The position numbers and the translations under genes were made by a program. From positions 20,770,001 to 20,834,000 of the forward strand of contig OX597838.1 in the NCBI GenBank assembly GCA_951406725.2: a stretch of 64,000 nucleotides of DNA, given 5' to 3'. Position 1 is the stretch's first letter, and each line of letters begins with the position of its first letter. Of the stretch, positions 12,876-25,428 are shown piece by piece. The notes under the pieces were generated by a model. It was not told the DNA's origin, made no database searches, and saw only the letters and a list, made by a program, of their open reading frames with translations. The DNA comes from Octopus vulgaris (lineage: Eukaryota).

Positions 12876-12878
<3 letters not shown>
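12558..12878 (+). mobile_element. Fold-back Penelope-like element with a hammerhead motif in each arm
   Basis: Inverted arms at 12558-12664 and 12691-12796, flanked by (TA)n on both sides. CTGAAGA at 12703-12709 (+) and GAAAC at 12610-12614 (-). Confidence 0.75.
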
Positions 12879-12916
<38 letters not shown>

Positions 12917-13279
12917 AATATGAGGATTATCTTTGCATTAATCTGGCAAGAATGACCAAGTCTATACTTTGTGGAAGAGGTCTAATAAGACTGAAATATG
13001 TTAGGAGTTGTGACTCATATTTGTGAAAACCAGATTAAAATAATATCATTCATTAAGCTAATGGTTTCTTCTCACTACGTAAATATAATTAATGTATTTG
13101 ATTTTTTTCCTTCACTTCTTCACTATAATTGTACTTTGGAATTTGATTTGGTGGAACTCAAAAGTTATCATACAAAGTTGTACACAGATAGAACAAAAGA
13201 AATGATAAAGGAGAGCAAGACAATAATCCATCCGACACACACATTTGTGTGTGTGTGTTTGTATTACATTTTATTTTCT

Positions 13280-13471
13280 TTACTTACTTGTTTCAGTCAT
13301 TTGACTGCGACCATGCTGGAGCACCACCTTTTAGCCGAGCAAATCAACCCCAGGACTTATTCTTTAGAAGCCTAGTACTTATTCTATCGGTGACTTTTGC
13401 CGAACCGCTAAGTTACGGGGACGTAAACACACCAGCATCGGTTGTCAAGCAATGTTAAGGGGGACAAACAC

Positions 13472-13503
<32 letters not shown>

Positions 13504-13888
13504 TCATATATACAATGGGCTTCTCTCAGTTTCCGTCTACCAAATCCACTCACAACGGCTTAAGACAAAGGGATTAAGTCGATTCCATCGACCCCCCCCC
13601 CCTCCAGTGTGTAACTGGTACTTAATTTATCGACCCCAAAAGGATGAAAGGTAAAGTCGACGTCGGCGGAATTTGAACTCAGAATGTAACAGCAGACAAA
13701 ATACCACTAAGCATTTTGCCTGACGTGCTAACGTTTCTGCCAGCTCGTTTGTCATTACCTTCTGCTGGAGTCGCATGGAGCTTTGGTGTTTCGCTCATAA
13801 ACACACACATTGCCTGGTCCGAGATTCGAACCCGTGATCCCTCAACCGCGAGTCCACTGCTCTAACCACTAGGCCATGTGCCTCTACA
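13280..13888 (-). mobile_element. Chimera of three SINE families (S1 head, S3, S2 3' part)
   Basis: Abrupt switches between families at about 13553-13560 and 13747; all three parts are on the minus strand. Confidence 0.7.
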
Positions 13889-14689
13889 TATATATTATAT
13901 AGGCATATGCATACATATAGCCACTATCAGCACTGTTAGATAACTGTTCTTAATTTCAACACCCACCTCTGTTAGTCCGCATCATACAATCATACAATCA
14001 ACAGTCAACCATTCATCCTACTTTGCTGCTACTTTTCCTCCACTCCCTTCCCCTTCTCTTTTTTCCTCACCCTCTCTCCTTCATCTCTCCTTCATCCCTT
14101 CTGTCCCTCTCCCTCTCTCCCCGTTCATAGTGGTGGTGTGGTAGTCTGCATATCTTCTCTCCTTTGCTAAGTGCGATCCTATTCCGTGTTATCAAATTTC
14201 GGAAATAGATCTGCAAAAATTTCGGCTAACTTTTTTTTTTTTTTTTCCATTCCTTCTTCTGTTCCTTGGATCCATTCCTTTCTGCTTGTTTTTTTCCCCC
14301 CACAATCTTCTCCCCTTCTTGCATTTGTCCCCTTCTTTTTTTTTTCATGCCCTTTTTTTTTGTTTTTTTTTTTCCCCTGCTATCCTTCTTTCCATTCTTT
14401 CCTTTTCCTCCTCTTCCCTCTCTCCCTCACTAATTTCTGTGCTCCTACCACCCACCACCTTGCCCATCCCCACTTGTGCCTCCTGTCTGACGCCTCATAT
14501 CCTCTCTTAGTCTTACTGCATGAGTGTTGGTGACAACTCATTACTGTCTCCACGGATACACCCACTCCACCTCATTGTCACTGAACTCCACTCATTGCCA
14601 GCTTGTTTGTTTGTTGGTTGTTGCTGCTGTTAATCTTGAGACAAAAATATGGTTCAAATCCTGTTAAAACCAGCTATTTTGCAATGCCA

Positions 14690-14850
14690 CAGACTGTTTA
14701 ATCAAGGAACCTGTAGTAGAGAGAAACCCAGGAAGACATGGGATGAGGTGTTGAAGCATGACCTTGGAATTTTGAACCTCACAGAGGCAATGACTAGTGA
14801 CCGAGACCTTTGGTTATGTGTTCTGCTTAAGAGGACCCATCAAACCACAA
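14690..14850 (+). mobile_element. RTE LINE ORF C-terminal fragment
   Basis: GTCSREKPRKTWDEVLKHDLGILNLTEAMTSDRDLW fits the RTE GRP-KTW...DR-W motif. Confidence 0.7.
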
Positions 14851-15095
14851 CTTTTGAATGTGTAAGAGACATTATTAAGGGCAAGTTCACTGTGACATCT
14901 TGGCTGTAAAACTACACTGAAGATTTCCATCAAGATGGCATTTAGATCTGCCATCATGGATGAGTAAAAGAGGGCATACTTAGACTTCTGCATATTCAGT
15001 TGATTATAGCTGTTCATGGTGGACATATTTAGTAATATTTCCCCTTATGTTATAACAAACGTACAGTTTCATACTTCTATCTTTCCAACAAGTAA

Positions 15096-15403
15096 GTGGA
15101 GGTGCAATGGCCCAGTGGTTAGGGCAGCGGACTCGCGGTCGGAGGATTGCGGTTTTGATTCCCAGACCGGGCATTGTGTGTGTTTATTGAGAGAAAACAC
15201 CTAAAAGCTCCACGAAGCTCTGGCAGGGGGTGGTGGTGACCCCCTGTTGTACTCTTTCGCCACACCCTTCTCTCACTCTCTCTTCCTGTTTCTTGAGTAA
15301 CGCTGTGATGGACTGGTGTCCCGTCCAGCTGGGAGGAACACATATGCCACAGAAACCGGGAAACCGGGCCTATGAGCCTGGTTAGGCTTGAAAAGGGCGA
15401 CGA
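15096..15403 (+). mobile_element. tRNA-derived SINE S1 with TSD
   Basis: tRNA-like head; 12-bp duplication atctttccaaca at 15079-15090 and 15404-15415. Confidence 0.85.
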
Positions 15404-16254
15404 ATCTTTCCAACACAGGCTTTGGAACACTTCAACAGTCTCAGTTTAGCTGCTTGATCCTTTATATTTTTTAGTGTGTGCGTGTGTGTAACACATGTAC
15501 CCAATTAATTCCAATTACCCCATTCAGGTTAGATTTGTAATGATATATTCTAGGCTGAAACCTATTTCTACCTTATTCTTGTACACTTTGGCAAGACTTA
15601 TCACTGAAGGACCTAGAAATTATGTGTGCTATTATGTGTCTGTATCTATCTGTCTCTATCAGCGTTTTAGGTGAGTCATCAGTAAAATCTGATAGCAATC
15701 ACACAACATACGGTCTAGATTGAAACTTTGCATTGAGTCTGTGCCAACCATCAGTGATAATTCTGTTGGATTTACTCTGATATAATTCACCCCACATAGA
15801 GAGGCTCTATGTGGTCAACTTGCTAGAAATAGCAGCCTAACTTATGTCAGATCTCATTATGCTATCTTGAAAAAAAGACATTGAATATTAGGTTTCATAA
15901 AAAAAAAATAAAAGACTTCATGCTCTTGATCATAGGCTTGCTTCATGCTCTTGGTCATGCATGCCTGCTGTTGACCTGGGGCTAGTCCTACTTAGCTCTG
16001 CTGCAATTGCCTGCAGAAACACTGGGTTACTTGAGAAGAAAATTCAATGTGAAACCTGTTGTGTTACACTCGTTTAATCATTTGCTGTATCATATTATAT
16101 TGTCCCAGTTGCTGTGGTGAATCTACATTGTTAATATCAGATGTCTAAACGTTTACCTTCATGTTATAGATGTTTCTGAGCAGAACTGATGTGAGTTACT
16201 CAACAACTGCAGCAGTTTAATTCTATGATTCACATATACTTAACACATGATAAT

Positions 16255-16497
16255 GCGGAGGCACGTGGCTTAGTGGTTAGGGTGTCAGCATCATGAGTGT
16301 AAGATTGTGGTTTCGATTCCTGGACCGGGTGACGTGTTGTGTTCTTGAGCAAAACACTTCATTTCACGTTGCTCCAGTCCACTCAGCTGGCAAAAATGAG
16401 TAACGCTGCGATGGACTGGCATCTCGTCCAGCTGGGGGACACATATGCCATTGAAACCGGGCTCATGAACCTGGGTAGGCTTTAAAAAGGGCGAAAG

Positions 16498-16542
<45 letters not shown>

Positions 16543-16785
16543 GAGGTGCGTGGCTTAGTGGTTAGGGTGTCCGCATCATGAGTATAAGATTGTGGTTTCG
16601 ATTCCTGGACCGGGTGACGTGTTGTGTTCTTGAGCAAAACACTTCATTTCACGTTGCTCCAGTCCACTCAACTGGCAAAAATGAGTAACGCTGCGATGGA
16701 CTGGCGTCCTGTCCTGCTGGGGGACACATACACCATTGAAACTGGCCTCATGAGCCTGGGTAGGCTTTAAAAAAGGCGAAAGATT
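16255..16785 (+). mobile_element. Tandem pair of near-identical S1-related SINEs
   Basis: Copies at 16255-16498 and 16541-16783, separated by (TA)n(TG)n; acacatgata occurs on both outer flanks. Confidence 0.85.
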
Positions 16786-17111
16786 TATTATTTTATTTAC
16801 TTACACATGATATGTCTCGATTGGTACACTATAAAATTACACTGAAGACATGCCTTGATTGGCACATTGTATTACACTTAACCCTATCACTCTGTGTTTC
16901 TGGTATAGCAGGAATAGCTTAAATGTGATCTCTGCCAGATTCCCGTTTAAGCGATAATGAGCAACACACATAGGAAATTAAAATACTAAAAATAGTCAGC
17001 TGATCACATTGCAGCTTTGTAGTCATGTGTGCTTATGGCTCATTATTAGTGGTGTCCCCATCATAGCTGTTGTTTACTTCTGTTTTTAATTGAAAAAAAA
17101 AAATAAAGGGT

Positions 17112-17446
17112 AATTGCAGCGTGGAAGGTGTTTATAAGCCATTTAAGAAACACACAAAATCCGTTAGATTCACTTCAACATTTAAATTTAATTTGTCAAA
17201 ATATTTTCGTCACTTTGAGTCTGCGACCTGTTCACTAACAAAATTCCGTGCTGGGAATTTTGACAGTGAATAGGTCATGGCTCAAAGCGCTGAAAATATT
17301 TTGACAAATTAAATTTAAATGTTGAAGTGAATCTAACGGATTTTGTGTGTTTCTTAAATGGCTTATAAGCACCTTCGTGCTGCAATTGTTTTCGTTCCAG
17401 CACACGATCTCAGATCAGGTCACCTGCTATGCAAGTACATCTCCGT
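17112..17446 (+). mobile_element. Long fold-back element (probable Penelope-like inverted pLTR)
   Basis: Inverted arms of about 135 bp (17112-17247 and 17254-17387) with a 6-nt loop, plus a 60-nt unpaired tail. Confidence 0.7.
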
Positions 17447-17924
17447 AAAAAAAAAAAAAAAAATCAAGATATTTTTGCAATGAAACAAGTGTGTGATGAA
17501 CCCCAGCACTTCATCTGGTAAACGAGCAACTCCTAGACTCTTTGCAGTTGAGGACATTATTCTTCAGGTGAAGAGTTTACCCTTACACAGACAACAAGAG
17601 TAATTTGGACAATCAAACTGGTGAAAGTAATGAGGAAAGTTGTGATTTGCTTGAACAAACATGGTTTTTCAGAGATAGGCCTATTATCATTGTTCCCCTA
17701 AATTTATTTTTATGATTCTGTTCAATAGTTTGCCAGCAATTGTTTACTCTTGAGCTGTAATAGGCAACTATTTATTTTTTTGCTGAGGAACCTTGGGGGT
17801 GGGGGCTGGGGTAAAGTTAGACACAAGGGCCCATATCTGAGAGGGTTAAGACATGCTTTGACTGTCAAACTGTACCATTATCAAAGACTCTGCTATATTG
17901 TACTGTATCTAAGACAGTGTAGCT

Positions 17925-18158
17925 CGGTGGTTTCCAAAGTGGACAGTACTGTCTCCCCCTGGAGGTGGTACCTTGAAGAAAAGTGGGGCGATAATGGACT
18001 GGTCAAAAGGGCATTGGACATAAAACCAACAAAATAATGTGTAAATTAGGTTAAGTTTTATTTGTGAAATACAATTATTTTGAATTTGCTGCAGAAAGTG
18101 GGTTGAGGGGCACTAGATGCCAAGGGGGCGGCAACCCCAAAAAGTATGGAAACCCCTG
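17925..18158. mobile_element. hAT-type MITE
   Basis: TIRs cggtggtttccaaa / tatggaaacccctg; imperfect 8-bp TSD gtgtagct/gcgtaact. Confidence 0.6.
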
Positions 18159-18595
18159 GCGTAACTGTTACATTATACCATGTCTAAGCCAGTGTCTAAG
18201 ACAGTCTAACCATCACATTGTCTATGGCCTTTCATAGTAGATATGGTGTGTATCAAAGCAGATATTACTCTTCTAAGTCATAATCAGTCACACATCTTAA
18301 GTCATGTCCTGACAATAATACTATGTCGAACACAATCATGCCTAAGGTATGTCTTGACTGCCGCACTTTTAACACGTTCTGACAGTCAAACTCAACTGCG
18401 CTTAGGACATGTTTACAATACTAATACACCTGAGCCCTTGTCTGTCTGGTAGGTACACAATACCACACCCAAGACATGTTTTAACTAACACACTTTATTA
18501 CATGCACTGACTAACGTGCTAAATATATATATTCTCTCTTAAAGCATATGGCAATTTGTTTACATAGAACAATGTTTAAATTTACCATTATATAC

Positions 18596-18599
<4 letters not shown>

Positions 18600-18643
<44 letters not shown>

Positions 18644-18660
18644 TGTTAGGCTGTTTGTAT

Positions 18661-18706
<46 letters not shown>

Positions 18707-18873
18707 AGCATATATTTATATATATGCTTATTAGGCTGTTTGTATTGTGTGTGTGTGTATATATATATATGTGCTTGTTAGGGTGTTTGTATTGCGTGTG
18801 TGTGTGTGTGTATGTATATATATATGTATATTTACATACATGTTTGTTAGGCTGTTTGTATTGCGTGTTTGTT

Positions 18874-18935
<62 letters not shown>

Positions 18936-19111
18936 TGTTTGTTAGGCTGTTTGTATTGTGTGTAACCCATGCTAGCATGGAAAACGGACCCTAAACGATG
19001 ATGATGATGATGATATATACACAAGCATATATTTATATATATGCTTATTAGGCTGTTTGTATTGTGTGTGTGTGTGCTTGTTAGGCTGTTTGTATTGCGT
19101 GTTTGTGTGTG

Positions 19112-19146
<35 letters not shown>
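18600..19146. repeat. Compound satellite: about 7 copies of tgYttRttaggctgtttgtattgYgtg interleaved with (TG)n/(TA)n
   Basis: The motif recurs at about 18640, 18725, 18772, 18841, 18936, 19042 and 19075. An S4 tail is inserted at about 18965-19012. Confidence 0.85.
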
Positions 19147-19149
<3 letters not shown>

Positions 19150-20208
19150 TAATATTCTGCATCTTCTGCTTTGTAACCTGCTGAGCGATAGAGCTGAGTT
19201 GTTTATGACAAGACACTGAATAGAAGATGTAAGATGAGCTTCAGGAGGAGCATGGTGAGGTATACTGCACAAGGAGAACCCCCATGCTCACAGGAGTTAC
19301 TAGAAATAGGAGTTTAAACATCGTGACATCACACTCTGCCATCTTAAACAGGAAGCGTACATCAGACAATATTCCAGATATATAAGAGGTGATCATAAGT
19401 GGATCATAGGTCTCTAGTTAGCCCTGGTGATGTATAACCAATGACATTTGGTTGTAGAGCCCCAGGGTTAATTGGAGACTAAACAACGGCAATTGTAACA
19501 CTGAAATAGAAAAAAAAAAAACTGAAGCAGGGAAGCTAGGCTGAAGTTTTTTTTGTGTGGTTATTAACCCTTTAGTGTTTAAACTGGCCAAATCTGGCCC
19601 AATATATTCTACATATTTTATATTGAAACTGGCCATATCCAGCCTCTCACACCTAACCTGCATTGACATTCTAAAAATAAACAATCACATCACTGAAACC
19701 TCAATGCTTTAAGATAATGCATGATTTATTCAAAACAATTTGAGTGAAAAAGCATTACATTCAACAGAGTAATCTGAATACTAAGGGGTTTAATTTCCTC
19801 ACTCACAGTTTGTGAGTCTAGTCTGGTGGTTTGAGTGTTGCACTCATGATTGTAAGATTGTGGTTTCAATTCCTGGACTGAGTGATGCATTGTGTTCTTG
19901 CCCAAACACTTCATTTTATATTGTTCCTGTCCACTCAACTGTAAATAAGTAACCCTGTGATGGATTGGCATCCCATTCAAGGCAAATGTTATGACCTGTC
20001 TCTTGTATACCATGGGGACTGGGTTACTGGCCCTATGACTGAGACAGTCATCATCATTTAACTTCTGTTTTCCATGCTGGCATGGGCTAGATGGTTTGAT
20101 TGGAGCTGGTTAGCTGAAGAGCTGCACCAGGCTCCAGTAGTTTCTTTTGCTTTGGTTTCTACGGCTGAATGCCCTTCCTAATGCCAACCACTGCACAGTG
20201 TACTGAGT

Positions 20209-20568
20209 GTCTTTTACATGTCACTGGCACAGGTGCCTTTTTCGTGTCACTGGCATGGGTGCCTTATACGTGTCACTGGCATGGTTGCCTTTTGTGTGTC
20301 ACTAGCATGGTTGCCTTTTGTGTGTCACCGGCATGGTTGCCTTTTGTGTGTCACCGGCAAGGTTGCCTTTTGTGTGTCACCGACATGGGTGCCTTTTACG
20401 TGTCACCGGCATGGTTGCCTTTTGCGTGTTACCGGCATAGTTGCCTTTTGCGTGTCACCGGCACAGGTACCTTTTGCATGTCACCGGCACGGGTGCCTTT
20501 TGCGTGTCACCGGCACGGGTGCCTTTTGCGTGTCACCGGCACGGGTGCCTTTTGCATGTCATCGGCAT
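20209..20568. repeat. 26-bp minisatellite (about 14 copies) inside a minus-strand S4/RTE 3' repeat
   Basis: Unit tgtcaccggcaYggKtgccttttgYg, head-to-tail with no spacers. Confidence 0.9.
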
Positions 20569-21322
20569 CAACCAATAAGTATGCTGCCAGCTTTCTCAGG
20601 AACACTCAGTTCAAGAGGGGGTCCCTAGGTTCTAAAAGGCTCCGTCTGCTTGGCACTGGAACTCTAGGCGAGGCTCCGTCTCCAAAGGGTTAAAATTGTA
20701 AACCAGTATTTCTCAGCCTTTTTTGACTTAATTGTGCACTGTAGATCAAAGTGACTATTATTAGAGCACTTAAAATAGAAAAATAATTTTTTTCAGAAAA
20801 CCTGTTTGAAAGGGAAAACTTAAAAAAGAATTATAAAGGAAACTATTGACGACCTTGAGTTATGAACTTTTTTACCATGGGTGTCACCTTGTGCAGTATA
20901 CTTCCACTGTAATTGTATGAACCTAAAATGTGTCATCATTTAATCTCTGTGGACCAAAAACCATTCAGTATTTTTACATGTAACTTTTGTCGTTTATTTA
21001 CATTGTGATCACATGTCTACTGGTAAATAATGTATGTACGGTGTGCCAACAAAGCAGTCACTGAGCCAACTCGTGTCATATAGTCTGGCTATTGCCATGG
21101 AGAAGAATATCTAAACAGCTGCACAAAGCATAACTTGCAAACGCTTAAAAGTCTAACAATATACACCATTCAATTATATATACAGCAATTAACTACAACA
21201 TTCAAACTTTTTAGCTCTTATTTCTAGCGGTGTAGGTGTTTTAACACCCTAGTCATATCTAATGATAATATAGTTTTTCCTTTTTGGTAAAACATTGCAC
21301 ACTGCTGTCTATATTAAAATAT

Positions 21323-21382
<60 letters not shown>

Positions 21383-22010
21383 ATAGGAGCAAAACGCCCC
21401 CCCGCCCAATGGACGGTGCACAGTTTAAACCAAATTCTCTCAAAACAACTTGTCTGACCTTCCCATAGGCCTCCCCTTTGAGAAACACTGATTTAACCTA
21501 AATTTGAGACACCAGCAAAAGAAGAAATAAAGATAGACTTTTTTCTATTCCAAAGAAAAACAATTTCCCACGGCTTTATCGATCGCATTCTCACCTGGAA
21601 TCGAGTTTTGTAATTTTTTCAAGATTTATACATACCCTCATACCGTAGGTATCTACATATCAAATTTGAGCACAATCGGATGGAGGATGCCCGAGATCTC
21701 AGGAGACACACACACAGACAGAACGGATTTTATACAATATATATATGCTTCTGTAAATGAAAACCTTACCTGTTATTGTGGTTTTGTGGCACGAAGCAAA
21801 GCAGGCCTGGCTGTTCACTCAAGAAAACACATAATAAATGACCCAGAAGTTCTTGTGCAAACTGAGTCTTCAACTTATTCCATTTGCCCGAAGGTTTGCA
21901 AGGCACCAGTAGGCCTCAAGAGACACACATGGGTCCTTAGAACACGATTACCACTTTAATTTACTGAACCCTCATTTATCGTTCACAACAGAGAGTCCAT
22001 CATAAATATA

Positions 22011-22576
22011 TTGGGTTGTCCAGAAAGTTTGTGCCGATTTTTAAAGGAAAGAAAAAGGTCAATAAATACTTGCCATTACATTTTGAATCAACCAAATATG
22101 AACCATTTTGTTGCACAATGTGTCTCCATCTTTCCTTTAACTTGAAAATACCCTCTTCCCAGAATTGAAGTGGTTTCATGGCAAAGAATTCATCTAGGTC
22201 TCTTTTTATGTCATCCAAGGAATTGAAATTTTTACCATTAAGACTATTCTGCTGAGACATGAATAAGTGGAAATCCGAAGGAGCAGTATCTGGTGAATAT
22301 GGAGGGTGGGGTAACACATCCCAGCCGAGCTGCAGCAATTTTTGTCTGGTTCTCAAAACATCAAATGCCGAAAATGAACTTTCTTATCTTCCATTTTAAA
22401 TGGTTATAGAATTAACACAGGTTATAGGAACATAAACCTTCTTCCACGAAAAGATAGCTTAAACTGTGCTCTAAATGGAGGTGTGGTCAAATCCTATTTT
22501 ATGGACTCAACCATGTTCTAAAATAAGTCGAGAGGTAAGCTACTATAAATCGGCACAAACTTTCCGGACAACCCAA
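22011..22576 (-). mobile_element. Internally deleted mariner transposon
   Basis: TA-flanked TIRs of about 30 bp (ttgggttgtccagaaagtttgtgccgattt). Transposase start MEDKKVHFRHLM (ATG at 22394) is fused out of frame to the C-terminus LGWDVLPHPPYSPDTAPSDFHLF (mariner YSPDLAP-D motif). Confidence 0.93.
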
Positions 22577-23250
22577 TATATATGTAACAACGTGAACAAA
22601 AATGGAGAAAATCGCATCTTTAATTGGTGATTACATCATACATTACTGATAATTGTTTCTATCGTGCTAGCATATCTTGATACGTGAAAGAAATAGAAAA
22701 TTCCAGTCAAATTAATATATCCAAAAATATATGCTAATACAAAGTTATCAAGGCAATCCAAAATGGGTTAAATTCAGAGTGAACTAAGAAAATATCTCTA
22801 ATAGATGAGCGCACACAGACAGAACGTTATGAAGAAATATAATATTCTAAGAAATGCCAGTTTAACATTTAACTTTTGATGACGTCAGTAGATAATGAAT
22901 GAATAAAGAATAAACATTAGAATTCTATTTTCACAACAATTAGAGACATAGAAATGCTACATCATGACAATTAGTTAGCCATCTATTAAATATGCTAAAA
23001 AAGATTTTTAGAAAAATTATGCATATTAGATTATAGGGAAAGCAATTATAATTAGTGGGTTATTTAGTATTAGATGTTAATTCTACTTGCATTTATTGGT
23101 ATCTGATTGTTTTGATAGTCTTTTGTTCTTTTACTGGTTTCAATCATTTGGCTGTGGCCATGCTGGAGCACTGCCTCGAACCGCTAAGTTATGGGGATGT
23201 AAACACACCAACACCAGTTATCAAGTGGTGATGGTGGAGGACAAGCACAG

Positions 23251-23283
<33 letters not shown>

Positions 23284-23699
23284 TATGTATAAGATGGGCT
23301 TCTTTCAGTTTCTGTCTATCAAATCCACTCACAAAGTTTTGGTTGACCTGAGGCTATAGTACAAGACACTTGCCCATGGTGCCATACAGTGGGATTGAAC
23401 CTGGAACCATGCAGTTGGGAAACAAGCATCTTATCACACAGCCACGGTTAACCAAATTTCTTTATAACAGTTCGGCTTCATCTGTGGAAGAAGCACTATT
23501 GACGTCATTTACCCAAGGTGCCATGGAGTGGGACTAAACCTGGCCATATGGTTGGGAAGCAGATTTCTTGCCAAACAGCTATGCTTGCACCTCTTATGTA
23601 TATGTGTGTATGTATGTTGTGTTTTGTGTGTGTAATCTTTGTAAACAAATGGTTCCTTTTGTTGCCATTTGTTCCAGTTCTCCATGTAAGCATACCTGG

Positions 23700-23990
23700 G
23701 CTGTTTGTTGTTCAAATCAGCCCAGGCTTCACTGCTCGTGGGGCTGAGAAAAGCAAACTGTAAAAGTATCGGTTACTCTCTGACAGATTTATGGTTGAGC
23801 CTGTGGCAGTGGAGGCCTCTGGTGTCCTCAGCCCCTGGACCACATTCCTGCTCACTGCTATCAGAGCAGGAATGTCTGTCCGCAAGTGCAAGCCCTGTGA
23901 GATGTTTGTGTTTGGGTAAATGGTGCTAAGTTGAAACCTTTCAACATGTGTGTTGGACTTTGGCAGGGTGTGTATGGCCACCTCTCCTGT
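23700..23990 (+). mobile_element. Relic restriction-like endonuclease domain of a CRE-like non-LTR retrotransposon
   Basis: SPGFTARGAEKSKL*KYRLLSDRFMVEPVAVEASGVLSP resembles the A..AE..K..KY..L...F.P.AVET.G..GP motif of RLE-bearing non-LTR elements. Stop codons are present. Confidence 0.55.
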
Positions 23991-24469
23991 CCATAATTTC
24001 TATGATCTGGATTGACATCCGCAACTGTTGTGGTAGAGGTGGTTCACAGTCGGTAGATTTGAGGGAAATTTGGCTGTTGTTTCTTGGACATTGAATGACA
24101 ACATAGAGGCTTTCTCATTCTCATTTGGTTTCTTCTGTATTGTAGGAGTTGGTCTTGGCAACTTACTGACAGCTGCTGCTTTCTTCAGGGAAAAAAACTA
24201 TATAATTTTATTTAAAAAAAAATCAAGCTAACAAATAGAAGCAAAAATCTAAAATCCTAAACTCTATTCTATTGATTATCTTAATCAGACAATTTTCTTG
24301 ATGAAAAGCCGTTGTCCTTGAGAAAGTGTTTTATTTTGGCACAATTCATATGTATTGTATCATATTCTTGAATGTTATTGATTTGATTTTATAGATCTGG
24401 TAGTTCCGAGATTATTATGGCAAACAAAATAGGACAGAAGAAATTGTATAAAAATAATAATAATTATAA

Positions 24470-24980
24470 TGGTTCTTTCTAATTTTGGCACAAGGCTAGC
24501 AGTTTTTGAGGGGAGGGGACAGTTGACTACATTGAACCCAGTGCTCAACTGGTACTTATTTAATCGAGCCTGAGAGGATGAAAGCTAAAGGCGACCTTAG
24601 GGGCCATTTGAAGTCAGAATGAAAAGAGCCGGAAGACATGCCACTAAACAGTTTGTCCAGCACAGTAACAATTCCGGCTGGTCATTGCTTTTATCATTAT
24701 GATTATCATTATTATTATTATTATTAGTAGTAGTAGTTGTAGTAGTATTTGTTTTAAGGTAGCAGGCTGGCAGAAGCATTAGCACACTGGGCAAAGTGCT
24801 TAACATTATTTCGTTTTTCTTTACGATCTTAAGTAGAAATTCCTCTGAGGTCAACTTTGCCTCTCATCCTTTTGGGGTTGATGAGATAAGTACCAGTTAT
24901 GCACTGGGATCGATATAATCGACTACCCTCTCCCCCCAAATTTCAGGCCTTGTGCCTTTAGTAGAAAGGATTATTATTAC

Positions 24981-25016
<36 letters not shown>

Positions 25017-25037
25017 TATTATTATTATTATTATTAC

Positions 25038-25080
<43 letters not shown>

Positions 25081-25190
25081 GATATGGCAGCAAGCTGGCG
25101 GAATCGTTAGTATGTTGGATAAGATGCTTAGTGGTATTTCATCTGCCTTAACATTCTGAGTTCAAATTCCGCTGAGGTCGACTTTGCATT
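24470..25190. mobile_element. Three S3 SINEs (one -, two +) around (TAT)n/(TAG)n microsatellites
   Basis: S3 motifs at 24470-24685(-), 24755-24970(+) and 25083-25190(+). A long (TTA)n tract spans 24971-25080. Confidence 0.75.
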
Positions 25191-25428
25191 CTCCCCTTTT
25201 CTCCTTTTCCTTTTCTTTTCTTCTATTCCTTTTTTTTTTTCCTTTCCTCCTTATTCTTCATTCCACTACCACCACCTGCTTATCCCCCTCCTCTCCCTTC
25301 TTTGTGATGGTGGTGAATAGCAGAACGACTGGTTTTTCTTTCTGGATTAACTCCTCCCATTTCTCTTAATCCTTTACTTTCTTAACAGACCTTGAACAAA
25401 AAGAAAAAAAAATCATTATAATAGACAT

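Noticed and set aside
18588-19272. ORFs rich in YIYI/THTH/CVCV (also at 10539-10892, 12241-12678, 60712-61277 and elsewhere)
   Set aside because: These are translations of (TA)n/(CA)n microsatellites and SINEs.
20209-20568. CRISPR-like array or Cys/His-rich repeat protein (ORFs 20169-20693 and 20218-20628)
   Set aside because: Contiguous 26-bp units with no unique spacers, no cas genes and a eukaryotic context. The unit length is not a multiple of 3 and the array lies inside a LINE 3' repeat.
20704-21490. Larger hAT element (cagtatttctca / tgagaaacactg)
   Set aside because: The TIR match is short and the putative 8-bp TSDs agree poorly; not supportable without a consensus.
22000-22356. Functional or domesticated (SETMAR-like) transposase gene
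   Set aside because: The DNA-binding domain and most of the catalytic domain are deleted, and the start is out of frame.
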